From the NCBI GenBank assembly GCA_000146465.1, contig CP001952.1: DNA of 64,000 nt. One strand, 5' to 3'. Positions 41,446 through 51,133 of the stretch are shown piece by piece; the first letter of the stretch is position 1; each line of letters opens with the position of its first letter. The position numbers and the translations under genes are program-made. Below the pieces are notes generated by a model. It was given only the letters and a program-made list of their open reading frames with translations, did no database searches and had not been told where the DNA came from.

Positions 41446-43191
41446 ATGAAGGACCTGAGAACATATCTATCGGAAAGCAAGGTGGAACATCTATATCAAT
41501 TATTTGAGAGGCTTGGAATAGATGAGTCTCAGCTGTTAGCAAAACTTAAATATTCCGATTTGGAAAAAATAGGAATCGAGAATCTCATAGAAAGAAGAAA
41601 AGTTTTCGATATAATCAATGAGATCAACCAAGACATATACAAAGAGGATATAGAGATGAACGAAAATGACTCTTACAGAGATGAACTTCTTTCTTTTCCT
41701 TTTGGGCATAAGGAAGAAAGTAAGTGTGAGCACCAGCCTCTTGCTGGAAATATTGCAGAAAGGAGCAGCCTTTTGTTTGGAAGTGGAGAAACTATAAGCC
41801 AGAGATTATCTTTATGCTCTATGCCAAAAAGAAGTAGTCTTGAAAGATCTTTAATTGGGCTGGACGAGCTCGATCCAGATAGTAGCAGGACAATTTTGGA
41901 ATCACGCAACACAAATGCATCTGTCTTGGAGGATATTGTGGAGTCTGGGACAGGACTAGAAAAGATATCTGTGTGTGTTAGAAAAAGACCTACCACTAGT
42001 CCAAGTCTGGATATTGTTGATGTTGAAGGAAGAGGTGTTGTAGTCAATGAGGAAAAGCTTCGAGTGGATTTAAGGCCGTATATTGAACGTCATCGATTTG
42101 AATTTGATTACTCGTTTGATCTTGACAAGAAAAATATCGATGTATATAGGGAGTGTGTCAAAGGTGTTGTGAATCATGTGATTTCCGGGGGGTTTGGAAC
42201 CATTATAGCGTATGGACAGACTGGAACTGGAAAGACGTACACGATGCTGGAAAAGGACATAGGGATGGTCTATTTAGCAATTAAGGACCTTATGGCTTTC
42301 AAGAATTGTGGAGCCATAACGTTCTGCGAGATATACATGGGGCAGGTCCATGACCTATTGGATGAAGGGAAAATCATACAGCTGAGAGAAGTCAATGGGG
42401 TTGTGCATCTTTCTAACTCAAAAGAAGAGCAGTTCTGTGGATATAAAGAAGTACTTGAAATTATTGCCAAAGGAATGTCACTAAGGAAGACTGGTGTGAC
42501 AGGGGCAAACTCTAAGTCTTCAAGATCCCACGCAGTGATTCTGGTGAACTTTTCTGAAAGGAAAATAGAGAAGAATGATCAAAGAGTTCATTCAGGGTCG
42601 ATTGTATTTGTTGATCTTGCGGGGAGTGAGCGTGGAACAGACAGAAAGGAGATGGGATCAGACGTCAAGAACGAGGGTGCAGAAATTAACAAAAGTCTTC
42701 TGGCTTTGAAAGAGTGCATCAGAGGAATGGAGAAGGACAGGAAACATCTTCCGTTCCGCCAAAGTAAGCTAACACAAATACTTAAGAATTCATTTGTTGG
42801 GAAATCCAGAACCTGTTTGATAGCTACAATATCTCCAACACCTGAGAACGTTGAACATACTCTGAATACATTGAGATATGCAGCCCGAATAAAGGAAAGC
42901 ATTTTACCTCGAGAGAAGAGAAGTAGAGGGCCCTTCTGTGGTAGGACGTCTATAGGGCAAACCAAGTCATCTGATACAGAAACTAGAAAAGAAATCGAAA
43001 AGAGCCATCCTGATTCTCCCAGAACGGAATTGTTTAGTAGTAAAGAAAACCTTGTGTGCGAGATAAGAGAAATATTGCAGAGAGCCGAATCCAGGATTCC
43101 ATTACTAAAGACCTCAAAAGAACTTGAAAGGATGTTAGATCTCTGTAAAAAAATGGAGTATGAGATGGAATCTAATATAATGAAATATTAA
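41446..43191 (+). CDS. Kinesin-13 family motor with N-terminal SAM domain (KIF24/MCAK-like)
   Basis: IIAYGQTGTGKTYTM, SSRSHAV, FVDLAGSERG, NKSLLALKECIRGM and HLPFRQSKLTQILKNSF are kinesin-13 signatures. The N-terminal ~65 aa form a SAM-like helical bundle. Confidence 0.9.
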   Translation: MKDLRTYLSESKVEHLYQLFERLGIDESQLLAKLKYSDLEKIGIENLIERRKVFDIINEINQDIYKEDIEMNENDSYRDELLSFPFGHKEESKCEHQPLAGNIAERSSLLFGSGETISQRLSLCSMPKRSSLERSLIGLDELDPDSSRTILESRNTNASVLEDIVESGTGLEKISVCVRKRPTTSPSLDIVDVEGRGVVVNEEKLRVDLRPYIERHRFEFDYSFDLDKKNIDVYRECVKGVVNHVISGGFGTIIAYGQTGTGKTYTMLEKDIGMVYLAIKDLMAFKNCGAITFCEIYMGQVHDLLDEGKIIQLREVNGVVHLSNSKEEQFCGYKEVLEIIAKGMSLRKTGVTGANSKSSRSHAVILVNFSERKIEKNDQRVHSGSIVFVDLAGSERGTDRKEMGSDVKNEGAEINKSLLALKECIRGMEKDRKHLPFRQSKLTQILKNSFVGKSRTCLIATISPTPENVEHTLNTLRYAARIKESILPREKRSRGPFCGRTSIGQTKSSDTETRKEIEKSHPDSPRTELFSSKENLVCEIREILQRAESRIPLLKTSKELERMLDLCKKMEYEMESNIMKY

Positions 43192-43244
43192 ACTTTATAT
43201 CGAAATTCCGAAAACTTTTATACATTTACATTACTAAACCTAAT

Positions 43245-44852
43245 TTAATTCAATTTCCGGCAGGATGCAGATATTAAACCAGTTATTAGTGGATGCGGCT
43301 GGTTAGGCCTTGCAGTGAACTCAGGATGGAATTGTACTCCGACAAAAAACGGATGCGATGTAAGCTCAAAGATCTTTGCTGCTCTTCTCTCGTCGCTGAA
43401 TCCTACAAACCTCAGGCCATACGAACATAGTGAGGAAACCTCGGATCGAACAACCTCGAACCGATGTCGGTGCCTCTCTCGGATCTTCTCCGCTCCAGAG
43501 TACAACCTCTTCACAAGTCCGTCCTCAAGCTCCACCTCGTATCCCCCAACTCGCAGTTTCTTATCAACCACTCCGTTCTTGTCGCTGATAAACCTGACAA
43601 CAAGGTTCTTCCCAGACGGGTTAAACTCCTCGGAAGATGCATCCTTCATCCCAAGAACGTTCCTGCACATCTCGATAATCGATAGTTGGTATCCAAGACA
43701 GATCCCAAGAAGAGGAATCCTGTTTTCCCGTGCATACCGGATCGCCGAGATCTTCCCCTCGATCCCCCGTGCTCCAAATCCTCCCGGAATGATAATTCCA
43801 TTGCACTTCTCAAGATCCTCTGTGGTGTACGAGTCTGCATTGATCCATTCAATCTCAACATTCACCCCCACAGACGCCCCAGAGAACCTCAATGCATGCA
43901 CAAGAGACGTGTAGCTGTCAAACTCCGGCGAGTACTTCCCCACTATCCCGATCCTTACTGTGTCCTCGTGCTTCTGCACAAGTCGTTCAAACGTCTCAAG
44001 TATCTCCCGATCCCCCTCCTTCGACGAAATCCCAAGCACCTTGTTCAGCGACTCAACCATTCCGTGCTCTTCAAGGAACTTCGGCACAAGATACACCGAC
44101 TCCAGATTCGGAAGCCCAAACACATTCCCAGGCTCCACCCAGCAGTTCTTCGATATCTTCTCCCGCGTCTCCTTGCTGGGGTCCCGCACTCCCCTGCACA
44201 CAATGATGTCGTAGCTGAGCCCGAATCTCCTGAAGTTCCTGCACCCCATCTGGATACTCTTTGTTTTCTGCTCCCCACTCTCTAGCTCTACAAGATGGTC
44301 TACAGACACAAATGCACAGTTGCTCCTTCCAACAATTCTCTGGAACTTTGCAAAGGCGTCTGTGTATATAGACGACTCGCTCTCTCCAACAGTTCCCCCA
44401 AGCTCGATAATCACCACGTCTGGGATGACCCTACGTCCGCTCTTGAAGTCTTCCACAGGAGTCTCCGCCACCATCTTAATTCTTCTGATAACATCGTCTA
44501 TTGCATGTGGATTAATCTGTAATGTCTTTCCAAGAAAATGACCCTCCTTCTCACGCTTAATTAAATCTTCAAATAATCTTCCACTAGATAGACTGTTTTT
44601 TCTAGAAAGATCAGACATATTAAACCTTTCATAGTTTCCAAAATCCATATCGCATGTATGTCCATCGTCAAGTACATAGACCTCACCATGTTCCCGTGGA
44701 TGGATCTCCCCAGCATTGTAGTTCAAATAAGGATCTATCTTAAAATGAGTAGTGTTGTGCCCTCTTGACTTTAGTAAAACGCCAATGCTACTACTTACTA
44801 TACCTTTTCCAATACCAGAGATAACACTTCCACAAACCATAATATATTTCAT
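43245..44852 (-). CDS. CTPS: CTP synthase
   Basis: MKYIMVCGSVISGIGKGIVSSSIGVLLK... and GATase GICLGYQLSIIE. Full length 535 aa. Confidence 0.95.
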   Translation of the reverse strand: MKYIMVCGSVISGIGKGIVSSSIGVLLKSRGHNTTHFKIDPYLNYNAGEIHPREHGEVYVLDDGHTCDMDFGNYERFNMSDLSRKNSLSSGRLFEDLIKREKEGHFLGKTLQINPHAIDDVIRRIKMVAETPVEDFKSGRRVIPDVVIIELGGTVGESESSIYTDAFAKFQRIVGRSNCAFVSVDHLVELESGEQKTKSIQMGCRNFRRFGLSYDIIVCRGVRDPSKETREKISKNCWVEPGNVFGLPNLESVYLVPKFLEEHGMVESLNKVLGISSKEGDREILETFERLVQKHEDTVRIGIVGKYSPEFDSYTSLVHALRFSGASVGVNVEIEWINADSYTTEDLEKCNGIIIPGGFGARGIEGKISAIRYARENRIPLLGICLGYQLSIIEMCRNVLGMKDASSEEFNPSGKNLVVRFISDKNGVVDKKLRVGGYEVELEDGLVKRLYSGAEKIRERHRHRFEVVRSEVSSLCSYGLRFVGFSDERRAAKIFELTSHPFFVGVQFHPEFTARPNQPHPLITGLISASCRKLN

Positions 44853-44926
44853 TTTTAGGGATGCCTGAGAATTAACTTCTTTGAAGGAATCTAGATATTC
44901 GGATAATTTAATTTTAATTACAAACT

Positions 44927-46546
44927 TTACTTATTTTCAATTTCACTCAATAAAAGTTTTTTGTCTTCAGATTCTTGAAAAACCAACGAGCAGAGAGAAA
45001 TAAACTCTTCTGAGGAGATAAAAAGCTTACCATTTCTATATCCTTCAATCACTTCCGCCCTATTTGAAGATAGCACTTGTTTGTAAGATTTCAACTTCCC
45101 TTGGCTTCCTATAGCTCCTGCAGGAAGGTGGAAGGAGAGATCAAGGATGTAATCAATCAATATTGGAAGGTTTTCAATAGTACTTCTCTTTGCCATTTTC
45201 AATTCCTGGATTTTCTTCATCAAGTTTTCACCAAGCATCTCAAAAAATTGGATTTCAAACAGACTCATATTAATTTCAGGTACAAACAACTCCATGTTTT
45301 CAACAAACTCCACATGCTTTTCTTTAAAATAGAGTTTGAGAGTTACTAAGGGCTCGTCAAGGGCTACATTGATCCTTGATGATTCCTTGATGACGTCAAA
45401 GAATAGTTCCTCTTTTCTTTTGGACAACTCGTCGGCAAGGCAATGCCCAGGATAAACCCTCAAGAAATGCGTTATGTCAGCAAACTCAATAAAATAGCTG
45501 TAAATGGAGGGCTCATATCTCTTCGGATCAAATAGCTTCTTTATCGCTCTATTAATAACTCTTACTCCCTTCTCATGTCTCTTTGACTTCAACTTTCTGA
45601 ATACTTCAAAGCATTTTTGAAATCTTTTATAGCTTGCAGAGATGGATTTTGGCATTCGATTGGAAAGTTCAAAGGTTTTGACGGCCTCCATGTCCCTTGG
45701 TCCCTTTGTCATCTCGATAATTTCCTTCATGACAACATCAAGCTTCCACTCGACAACATTGTGAATGTAAAATTCTGTATCTCGGAAGAAGGCATTGCTT
45801 GCTTCTATCGATTCGTCGGAGAGGTCTTCTTCCACAACTGCATTCTTCATATTGTCCCTTAAAACCCCAAATATCACGTGAGACATCATTTCATACTTCG
45901 AAATCTCCTCTAAACCCATTATAGCTTTTCCTACCAACTCACAGTGGGAAAGATCTCCGGATTGGCCTTTAAATACAAAAAACAGCGACAAGTCATCTTG
46001 AAAGACCTTTATGCCAATAGGCACAATGTTTAGCATATTCTTGTGTACTATTGACCTTAATGAAAAGTAGCATTTTTCTTGTATTTCCATGTATCTGGCT
46101 GAAAGCTGGAAAAGGGTTTCCACATCCTTTCCTATCTTGAAAACCATCGGCCCGTCGCCATGCCCGCTCTCTAGGTCCTCCACCTCCCCGGAGCCACAAG
46201 AGTTAATATATTTGAGAGCAATCGAGTGATTAAGAAATTCCAGCGATTTCTTTAGTACCACATCTCCATCAGCAATCTTAGAAAAAATTGCCTCTAGATC
46301 GCTTATACTTCTGCATTCCTTAGAACCCAAGGAGAGCTTTTCTATATCTTCAAGGATGTTTTGGTATTCATCACCAATCTTCTTTATTTCCTTCTCCAGG
46401 CTTATAGAATCAGTTCTCTTGATCTCCTTCTCTATTCGATCTAATTCCTTCTCTCGCCCAACCTTCTCATCTCGGAGTGAAAGATACCTTCCATAACACT
46501 CGTCAACATCCCTGATTTTGTTGAAGAGTTTGTCTATCTTTTCCAT
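44927..46546 (-). CDS. Hypothetical helical protein, possibly a vesicle-tethering complex subunit
   Basis: 539-aa ORF from an ATG with an N-terminal coiled coil. No motif identified. Confidence 0.4.
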   Translation of the reverse strand: MEKIDKLFNKIRDVDECYGRYLSLRDEKVGREKELDRIEKEIKRTDSISLEKEIKKIGDEYQNILEDIEKLSLGSKECRSISDLEAIFSKIADGDVVLKKSLEFLNHSIALKYINSCGSGEVEDLESGHGDGPMVFKIGKDVETLFQLSARYMEIQEKCYFSLRSIVHKNMLNIVPIGIKVFQDDLSLFFVFKGQSGDLSHCELVGKAIMGLEEISKYEMMSHVIFGVLRDNMKNAVVEEDLSDESIEASNAFFRDTEFYIHNVVEWKLDVVMKEIIEMTKGPRDMEAVKTFELSNRMPKSISASYKRFQKCFEVFRKLKSKRHEKGVRVINRAIKKLFDPKRYEPSIYSYFIEFADITHFLRVYPGHCLADELSKRKEELFFDVIKESSRINVALDEPLVTLKLYFKEKHVEFVENMELFVPEINMSLFEIQFFEMLGENLMKKIQELKMAKRSTIENLPILIDYILDLSFHLPAGAIGSQGKLKSYKQVLSSNRAEVIEGYRNGKLFISSEEFISLCSLVFQESEDKKLLLSEIENK

Positions 46547-46597
46547 CGGAGGGATAAAACCACTATTGCATATTCATCAGATATCCTTGAAGAGAAA

Positions 46598-47212
46598 ATG
46601 GATTTGGATGAAGATGTTTTATTTCTTGGAAACATTCCCGAGAGCTTCAACAACGAGCTTCTAATAGAGATGCTGAGTGTTTTTGGAGAGATTAAGGAGT
46701 TCAAGCGTGGTAAGGATCTAGAAGGGACAGACTCAAAGTGGGTGATTGTAAGTTACTATGAGAAATCATCGATCAGCAATCTCTATTGCAGCCTGCTGAA
46801 CAGAGACCTGGGACAGGGAATGGTGGTTGTTTTCCCGCAAAAAAAGGAATTACAAGCTTGGGAGGTCTCGGACGAGATACTCGGAAGAGTTGACGACATT
46901 GCAAAAAGATATAAAGAGAGACTCAAGAAAGAGGATTGCTTAGAGAAGTTTGTTTCCAGCTATGATTTGTTGTATGGTAGTACAGGAGATGGGCAAGTGT
47001 TTTCTGAAGCACTGTCAAAGTGGCTGGATGAAGAATCGGAAATACGCAGAAGATGCAGAAAGGCCGAGAATGACTTTGAAAGAACTGCAGAAAGGAAACG
47101 ACAGGAAGAATATTATTATCTATCAACTTATGACGATGACAGATCTAATGATTTATTTTATACTGATAGAGTTTCTTGGGCACTTAAAAGAAATAAAGAT
47201 GATGTTAAATAA
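46598..47212 (+). CDS. RRM-domain protein with basic/acidic C-terminal tail
   Basis: LFLGNIPESFNNELLIEMLSVFGEIKEF (RNP2-like) and VIVSYYEKSS. The C-terminus is Arg/Glu-rich. Confidence 0.5.
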   Translation: MDLDEDVLFLGNIPESFNNELLIEMLSVFGEIKEFKRGKDLEGTDSKWVIVSYYEKSSISNLYCSLLNRDLGQGMVVVFPQKKELQAWEVSDEILGRVDDIAKRYKERLKKEDCLEKFVSSYDLLYGSTGDGQVFSEALSKWLDEESEIRRRCRKAENDFERTAERKRQEEYYYLSTYDDDRSNDLFYTDRVSWALKRNKDDVK

Positions 47213-47263
47213 ATTCGGAAGAGTCTGTTGGTAAGGAATTTATTTGTCTCCAAAATTTTGTGA

Positions 47264-47574
47264 ATGGAGGGTAATCTTGAGACAAGGATATCTAGGGCCT
47301 TGGAGAATGAGTTCAAACCTGCAGCCTTAGAGGTTAGGAACACTACTGCCAATCATGTGGCCCATAGGAAGCCCGAAGATGGAAAAGTTCTTGAAACACA
47401 TTTTTACGTCAGGGTGAAGTCTTCGGCATTCAACGGAATGGTAAGTTAATGATCGCCGTATAATTTAAGAGATTTGCAGACAGGCATAGGCTTGTATATA
47501 AGGCACTTGAATTTGCTTTTGAAAAAGGCCTTCATGCAATTGAGATGGATTGCGATTCTGACGTCCAAGAGTGA
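47264..47574 (+). CDS. BolA-like protein, two exons (47264..47440 and 47470..47574) joined across a 29-nt intron
   Basis: Exon 1 ends ...VLETHFYVRVKSSAFNGM. The unspliced ORF stops 2 codons later. After removing GTAAGT...AAG, the frame continues RFADRHRLVYKALEFAFEKGLHAIEM..., which completes the BolA consensus (ETHF.V.IVS..F.G...RHRLVY..L...IHAL). Exon 2 end ±3 nt. Confidence 0.65.
47441..47469 (+). other. Spliceosomal intron (29 nt) of the BolA-like gene: GTAAGTTAATGATCGCCGTATAATTTAAG
   Basis: Canonical GTAAGT 5' splice site, TAATTT branch-like motif 3 nt from the 3' AG, and a length within the microsporidian range. Splicing restores the conserved BolA C-terminus in frame. Confidence 0.6.
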
Positions 47575-47719
47575 CTAGGATTATCTTTCTTTAATTTAAA
47601 TTTAATTTGATTTGATTTAATGGTGCCTTTGTCTTAGAAACTTCAATTTATACCTTTTTGGTAAAAAGAATTTATTCTTTTTTTTGTTTTACTTTAAATA
47701 ATGAACAAGGTTTTTGGCC

Positions 47720-48469
47720 ATGCTTCACCTATTATATCTTGCATTTGCCTTGTGCCATGAAGTTCCTGATGTATGCACTAGTTCTGGGATGATAGCAATC
47801 AACTTTGTAGATGGACCAGTCAGGGGAGTGACCGATAAGGTTCTAAACACTCTGGAAGAGCTTGGCGTGAAAGCTACTTTTTCGTTTACGGTGAACCAGA
47901 AAGCCGTCGGAAATGTAGGGCAGTTGTATAGGAGAGCAGTCAACGAAGGACATACTGTAGGATTGAGAGTCGATCCAAGGATGGATGAGGGATACCAAGA
48001 TATGTCTCAAGAGGCCTTGGAAGATAATATTGACCGGGAGATAGATACAATCGACGGACTCAGTGGAACTGAGGTGAGATATGCGTCTGTGCCCATATCC
48101 AATGGAGAGGTTAGCTCTGAGCTATATACCATCCTTACCCAGAGAGGTGTTCTTCCCCTAGGATATACCTTCTGCCCATATGACTACGACGACCCTATAG
48201 CCGAATTCGAAGCCATGATAGAAGGATCAGATCCCAAACACCATTCCTTCATCATCTTAATGCATGACGGACAGGAGGGAGATACTTCACGCTTGGAGAA
48301 GATGGTGGAGATAGGAGAGAAAAAGGGATATACTTTTACTAACATGGATGAATGTCTTCGAGGCTATAAAGGCTCTCCTGGAGATCCGGAGCTCAATCTC
48401 AGAGGAAAGGGTGCTGCAAGCCTCGCTACGTTCCTCCCTTTCTTCATGCTATTGGGGCGACTTCTCTAA
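47720..48469 (+). CDS. Polysaccharide (chitin) deacetylase-like protein with signal peptide and C-terminal GPI-type hydrophobic tail
   Basis: NodB-type region [26 protein letters not shown]...EGHTVGLRV...IILMHD. N-terminal [14 protein letters not shown] and C-terminal [19 protein letters not shown]. The listed start is TTG and the ATG is at 47720. Confidence 0.8.
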   Translation: MLHLLYLAFALCHEVPDVCTSSGMIAINFVDGPVRGVTDKVLNTLEELGVKATFSFTVNQKAVGNVGQLYRRAVNEGHTVGLRVDPRMDEGYQDMSQEALEDNIDREIDTIDGLSGTEVRYASVPISNGEVSSELYTILTQRGVLPLGYTFCPYDYDDPIAEFEAMIEGSDPKHHSFIILMHDGQEGDTSRLEKMVEIGEKKGYTFTNMDECLRGYKGSPGDPELNLRGKGAASLATFLPFFMLLGRLL

Positions 48470-48657
48470 AGTATAAATAAATATACAAATCTTATGATCA
48501 TGTAATTATTTAATGGGCTCATGAATGCCTTCGGCATAGAAATCCATGTACTGTGTGATCTCTCTATCGTTAGTCCCATATTTCTCGATATGGGAATGTG
48601 TTTATAGAGACAGGACTTAAGCGTTAAGCACGACAATAGGCTTTATATTCTATATTT

Positions 48658-49659
48658 TTAGGATATTTCTTCCTCCTTTTCATCAGAGGTCTCCTGACAG
48701 CGGGAATCAAGCAAACACAGGCTGGGAGGAAGCAGAAGGTTACATTCGGAGCAGAACCGGATGGTGTCTTTGCTTACGTCGTAGTACCCGGGATATGGCT
48801 GGTAAGAAAGATGAAATTTACCATATCGGTTCTCCACAAACCCATATCCCTCGTGTACAGACTGCTTAATGTCAAACCCGTTCACGTGGTTGAAGTCTGG
48901 ACTAAAGAAATATCTATTCATCAAAAACTCCACATCAGAGACCCACCCGCTGTATGGGCCAGGCGACTTCCGGGCGTAGTACTTTGCTCCTTCAATTCCT
49001 AACCAATGAAATGCATCTCTTATCCATTCCAAAGCAAAATTGAAATCTTCGTCTCCATCGGAGATCTCAGTACTCTTGAGACAGTAGTTTGCAATAAGGA
49101 CAAATTTGTCTAGTTCACTAAAAAACTCCTCAAGAAGATGCTTTAACTTGATTTCCTTCTTCAAGCTCTTGGTCTTTTGCTTGAAGTAAAGGTCTTCAAG
49201 AACCACAGTATAGTTATTTCTTCCTTCTGCATTGCATAGGAACTTCGGATTTGGATGGTTCCTTCTATTTTTCTCGATAGCCATATCAGAGATACTTGGA
49301 GTCTTGATATTTTTATATAGATTCTCTGCCTCCTTGAGAGAATATATACTCAAAAGCCCCTCACATTCGTCTGAATCTTTGCAATCAGAACTGCTACTGC
49401 CATCATTGCTTGATAAATCTTCTTTATTTTCCTCATGGAGATCTTTAGAGGTAATAAATGGCCCTACTTTGGAATCCGAGTATCCAAGATTAAGACTTTC
49501 TTCTTCGCAATTTTCAACAGAAGTGCCGTTCTTGAACAACTGTTGTATCTTCATTTTCTCTAAAGAGGACTTTTTCAATCTTGTTGGATCATTGCTTATG
49601 TCTAACTCCACGTCATTCAAGGAGCTCTTAATTCCTTCCTTTCTTCCAGAAACTTCCAT
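48658..49659 (-). CDS. Hypothetical protein (333 aa), Ser/Asp-rich N-terminal half, conserved-looking aromatic C-terminal half
   Basis: ATG at 49659. C-terminal FALEWIRDAFHWLGIEGAKYYARKSPGPYSGWVSDVEFLMNRYFF...CSECNLLLPPSLCLLDSRC. No family recognised. Confidence 0.45.
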   Translation of the reverse strand: MEVSGRKEGIKSSLNDVELDISNDPTRLKKSSLEKMKIQQLFKNGTSVENCEEESLNLGYSDSKVGPFITSKDLHEENKEDLSSNDGSSSSDCKDSDECEGLLSIYSLKEAENLYKNIKTPSISDMAIEKNRRNHPNPKFLCNAEGRNNYTVVLEDLYFKQKTKSLKKEIKLKHLLEEFFSELDKFVLIANYCLKSTEISDGDEDFNFALEWIRDAFHWLGIEGAKYYARKSPGPYSGWVSDVEFLMNRYFFSPDFNHVNGFDIKQSVHEGYGFVENRYGKFHLSYQPYPGYYDVSKDTIRFCSECNLLLPPSLCLLDSRCQETSDEKEEEIS

Positions 49660-49725
49660 CAAGGGTTGAGAAGGGTGGCGCCTGTAAAGACTCAGTTCAA
49701 TTTTAGCCCAAAAGAAAGAACATAC

Positions 49726-49920
49726 ATGAATGTTAGAGAGTCATTCATCAGTACAAGAAAGACAAATGTGTCTAGAGAAGATTCCGAGAAAGATTGCTAT
49801 GAGGAGGAATACTATAAATGGAGGATACGTGATTTGAAGAGAAAGATAAGAGACATTAGGAAAGAAATCATTCGGGCAAAGAACATTGGAACTTCCGGAA
49901 ATGATCCTAAAATTTATTGA
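49726..49920 (+). CDS. Small basic coiled-coil ORF (64 aa), questionable
   Basis: ATG ORF whose 3' end overlaps the TrpRS stop codon by 14 nt in convergent orientation. YYKWRIRDLKRKIRDIRKEI. Confidence 0.2.
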   Translation: MNVRESFISTRKTNVSREDSEKDCYEEEYYKWRIRDLKRKIRDIRKEIIRAKNIGTSGNDPKIY

Positions 49921-51064
49921 TGTCCATAAATACTTTCAAGTCTTCATCGGTAATCTTCTTTCGGGATTCTTGATACCTTAAAACAAATTCTTGAACAATA
50001 GAAATACATTTCTCCTTCATTTCCCTGCTGGTAATCTCTCCCTTAATGTATCCCAACCGATATCTTTCAAGCTCCTGATCATCATCCAAGAAATATCTCA
50101 GATATTCAAATGGGACATCCACATCGATATTTCCTCCCTTTTCCCGATGTTCTTCCAATGTTTCCCTACCCCCAGAATAAGCATGCACTGTAATCTTCTT
50201 TCGTATTGTTTCCGGTGTATCGTCCAAATATATGGAGCTATTTGGATCGCTAGCAGACATCTTTCTATTCACACCTTTGAGATCTGGAAGAAGGGATACG
50301 TATGCAGACGAAGGCTTTCTCTCCCCAAGCGTATTTGCTTTGTCTCTTGCCAACCTGAAGAACGGGTCCTGATCAACTGCTGCAAAAACAAGACACATTG
50401 CATCCTCTTCAATAAATTTAAAAGAGCTTGGAAAGCAGGGTGCTATTTCTTTTGATGGAAATCCCACCTGCCCTATGTTGCTGGATGTGTTGAATCCAAA
50501 GATCTTAGATACCTCATTGAAGTTGATTGTCTTCGATATCTTCAGGACATTTTTTTCGAAGTGATGAGAAGATTCAACATTAGAAAATATATACGTCAGT
50601 TTTGGATCAAAACCTAGTGCTATAATATCCTTCATGTTTTCTTTCCCATACGATATAGCATCCTCGAGTTTCATATTTTTCCACAGGAACTTCTCGTCGT
50701 CAGTTATTTGAATTACAAGATGTACTTTGAAAGTGTCCTGAATGTACTTACAAAGAAGGAAGGGGATGATGTGGCCAATATGCATTGCCTTCGAGCTGGG
50801 GCCTCTTCCTGTGTACAGATAGAATGACTTGTTCTTGGATACTTCATCAAGCAAAAGGTTAAAATCCCTGTGCCCAAAAACTATGCCTCTCCTAAAGAAG
50901 TAGTGTGCTGGCTTGTTTGTAAGTTGTTCTAAACGCTTCACTAGATCCTGATTAAAGCGCTCGCAGCCAAACTGATTAACTACCTTGTCGTAGTCGATGG
51001 CCACAGGCGTCTCGCTTGTAGATACAACTTCCACGTCCCAAGGTGTAATCTTTTGTTCTTCCAT
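49907..51064 (-). CDS. WRS1: Tryptophanyl-tRNA synthetase (cytoplasmic type)
   Basis: YTGRGPSSKAMHIGHIIPF (HIGH-type), KMSAS and the class I Rossmann fold order. Confidence 0.95.
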   Translation of the reverse strand: MEEQKITPWDVEVVSTSETPVAIDYDKVVNQFGCERFNQDLVKRLEQLTNKPAHYFFRRGIVFGHRDFNLLLDEVSKNKSFYLYTGRGPSSKAMHIGHIIPFLLCKYIQDTFKVHLVIQITDDEKFLWKNMKLEDAISYGKENMKDIIALGFDPKLTYIFSNVESSHHFEKNVLKISKTINFNEVSKIFGFNTSSNIGQVGFPSKEIAPCFPSSFKFIEEDAMCLVFAAVDQDPFFRLARDKANTLGERKPSSAYVSLLPDLKGVNRKMSASDPNSSIYLDDTPETIRKKITVHAYSGGRETLEEHREKGGNIDVDVPFEYLRYFLDDDQELERYRLGYIKGEITSREMKEKCISIVQEFVLRYQESRKKITDEDLKVFMDINKF

Positions 51065-51133
51065 TTAGGGGAGGCATGTTCACATTTAATATAGTTGAAA
51101 GACCAAAAATTAAAAAATTAGCTTCCTTTGGAA

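Noticed and set aside
43315-44285. Several long ORFs (up to 199 aa) on the plus strand, antisense to CTP synthase
   Set aside because: They are low-complexity Pro/Ser/Arg-rich translations of a GC-rich stretch antisense to a highly conserved gene. They have no independent start context or motifs.
47581-47640. Short A/T-rich iterated motif aatttaaatttaatttgatttgatttaat downstream of the BolA-like gene
   Set aside because: Only two or three imperfect copies in an intergenic spacer. Probably a terminator or poly(A)-signal-rich region rather than a meaningful repeat array.
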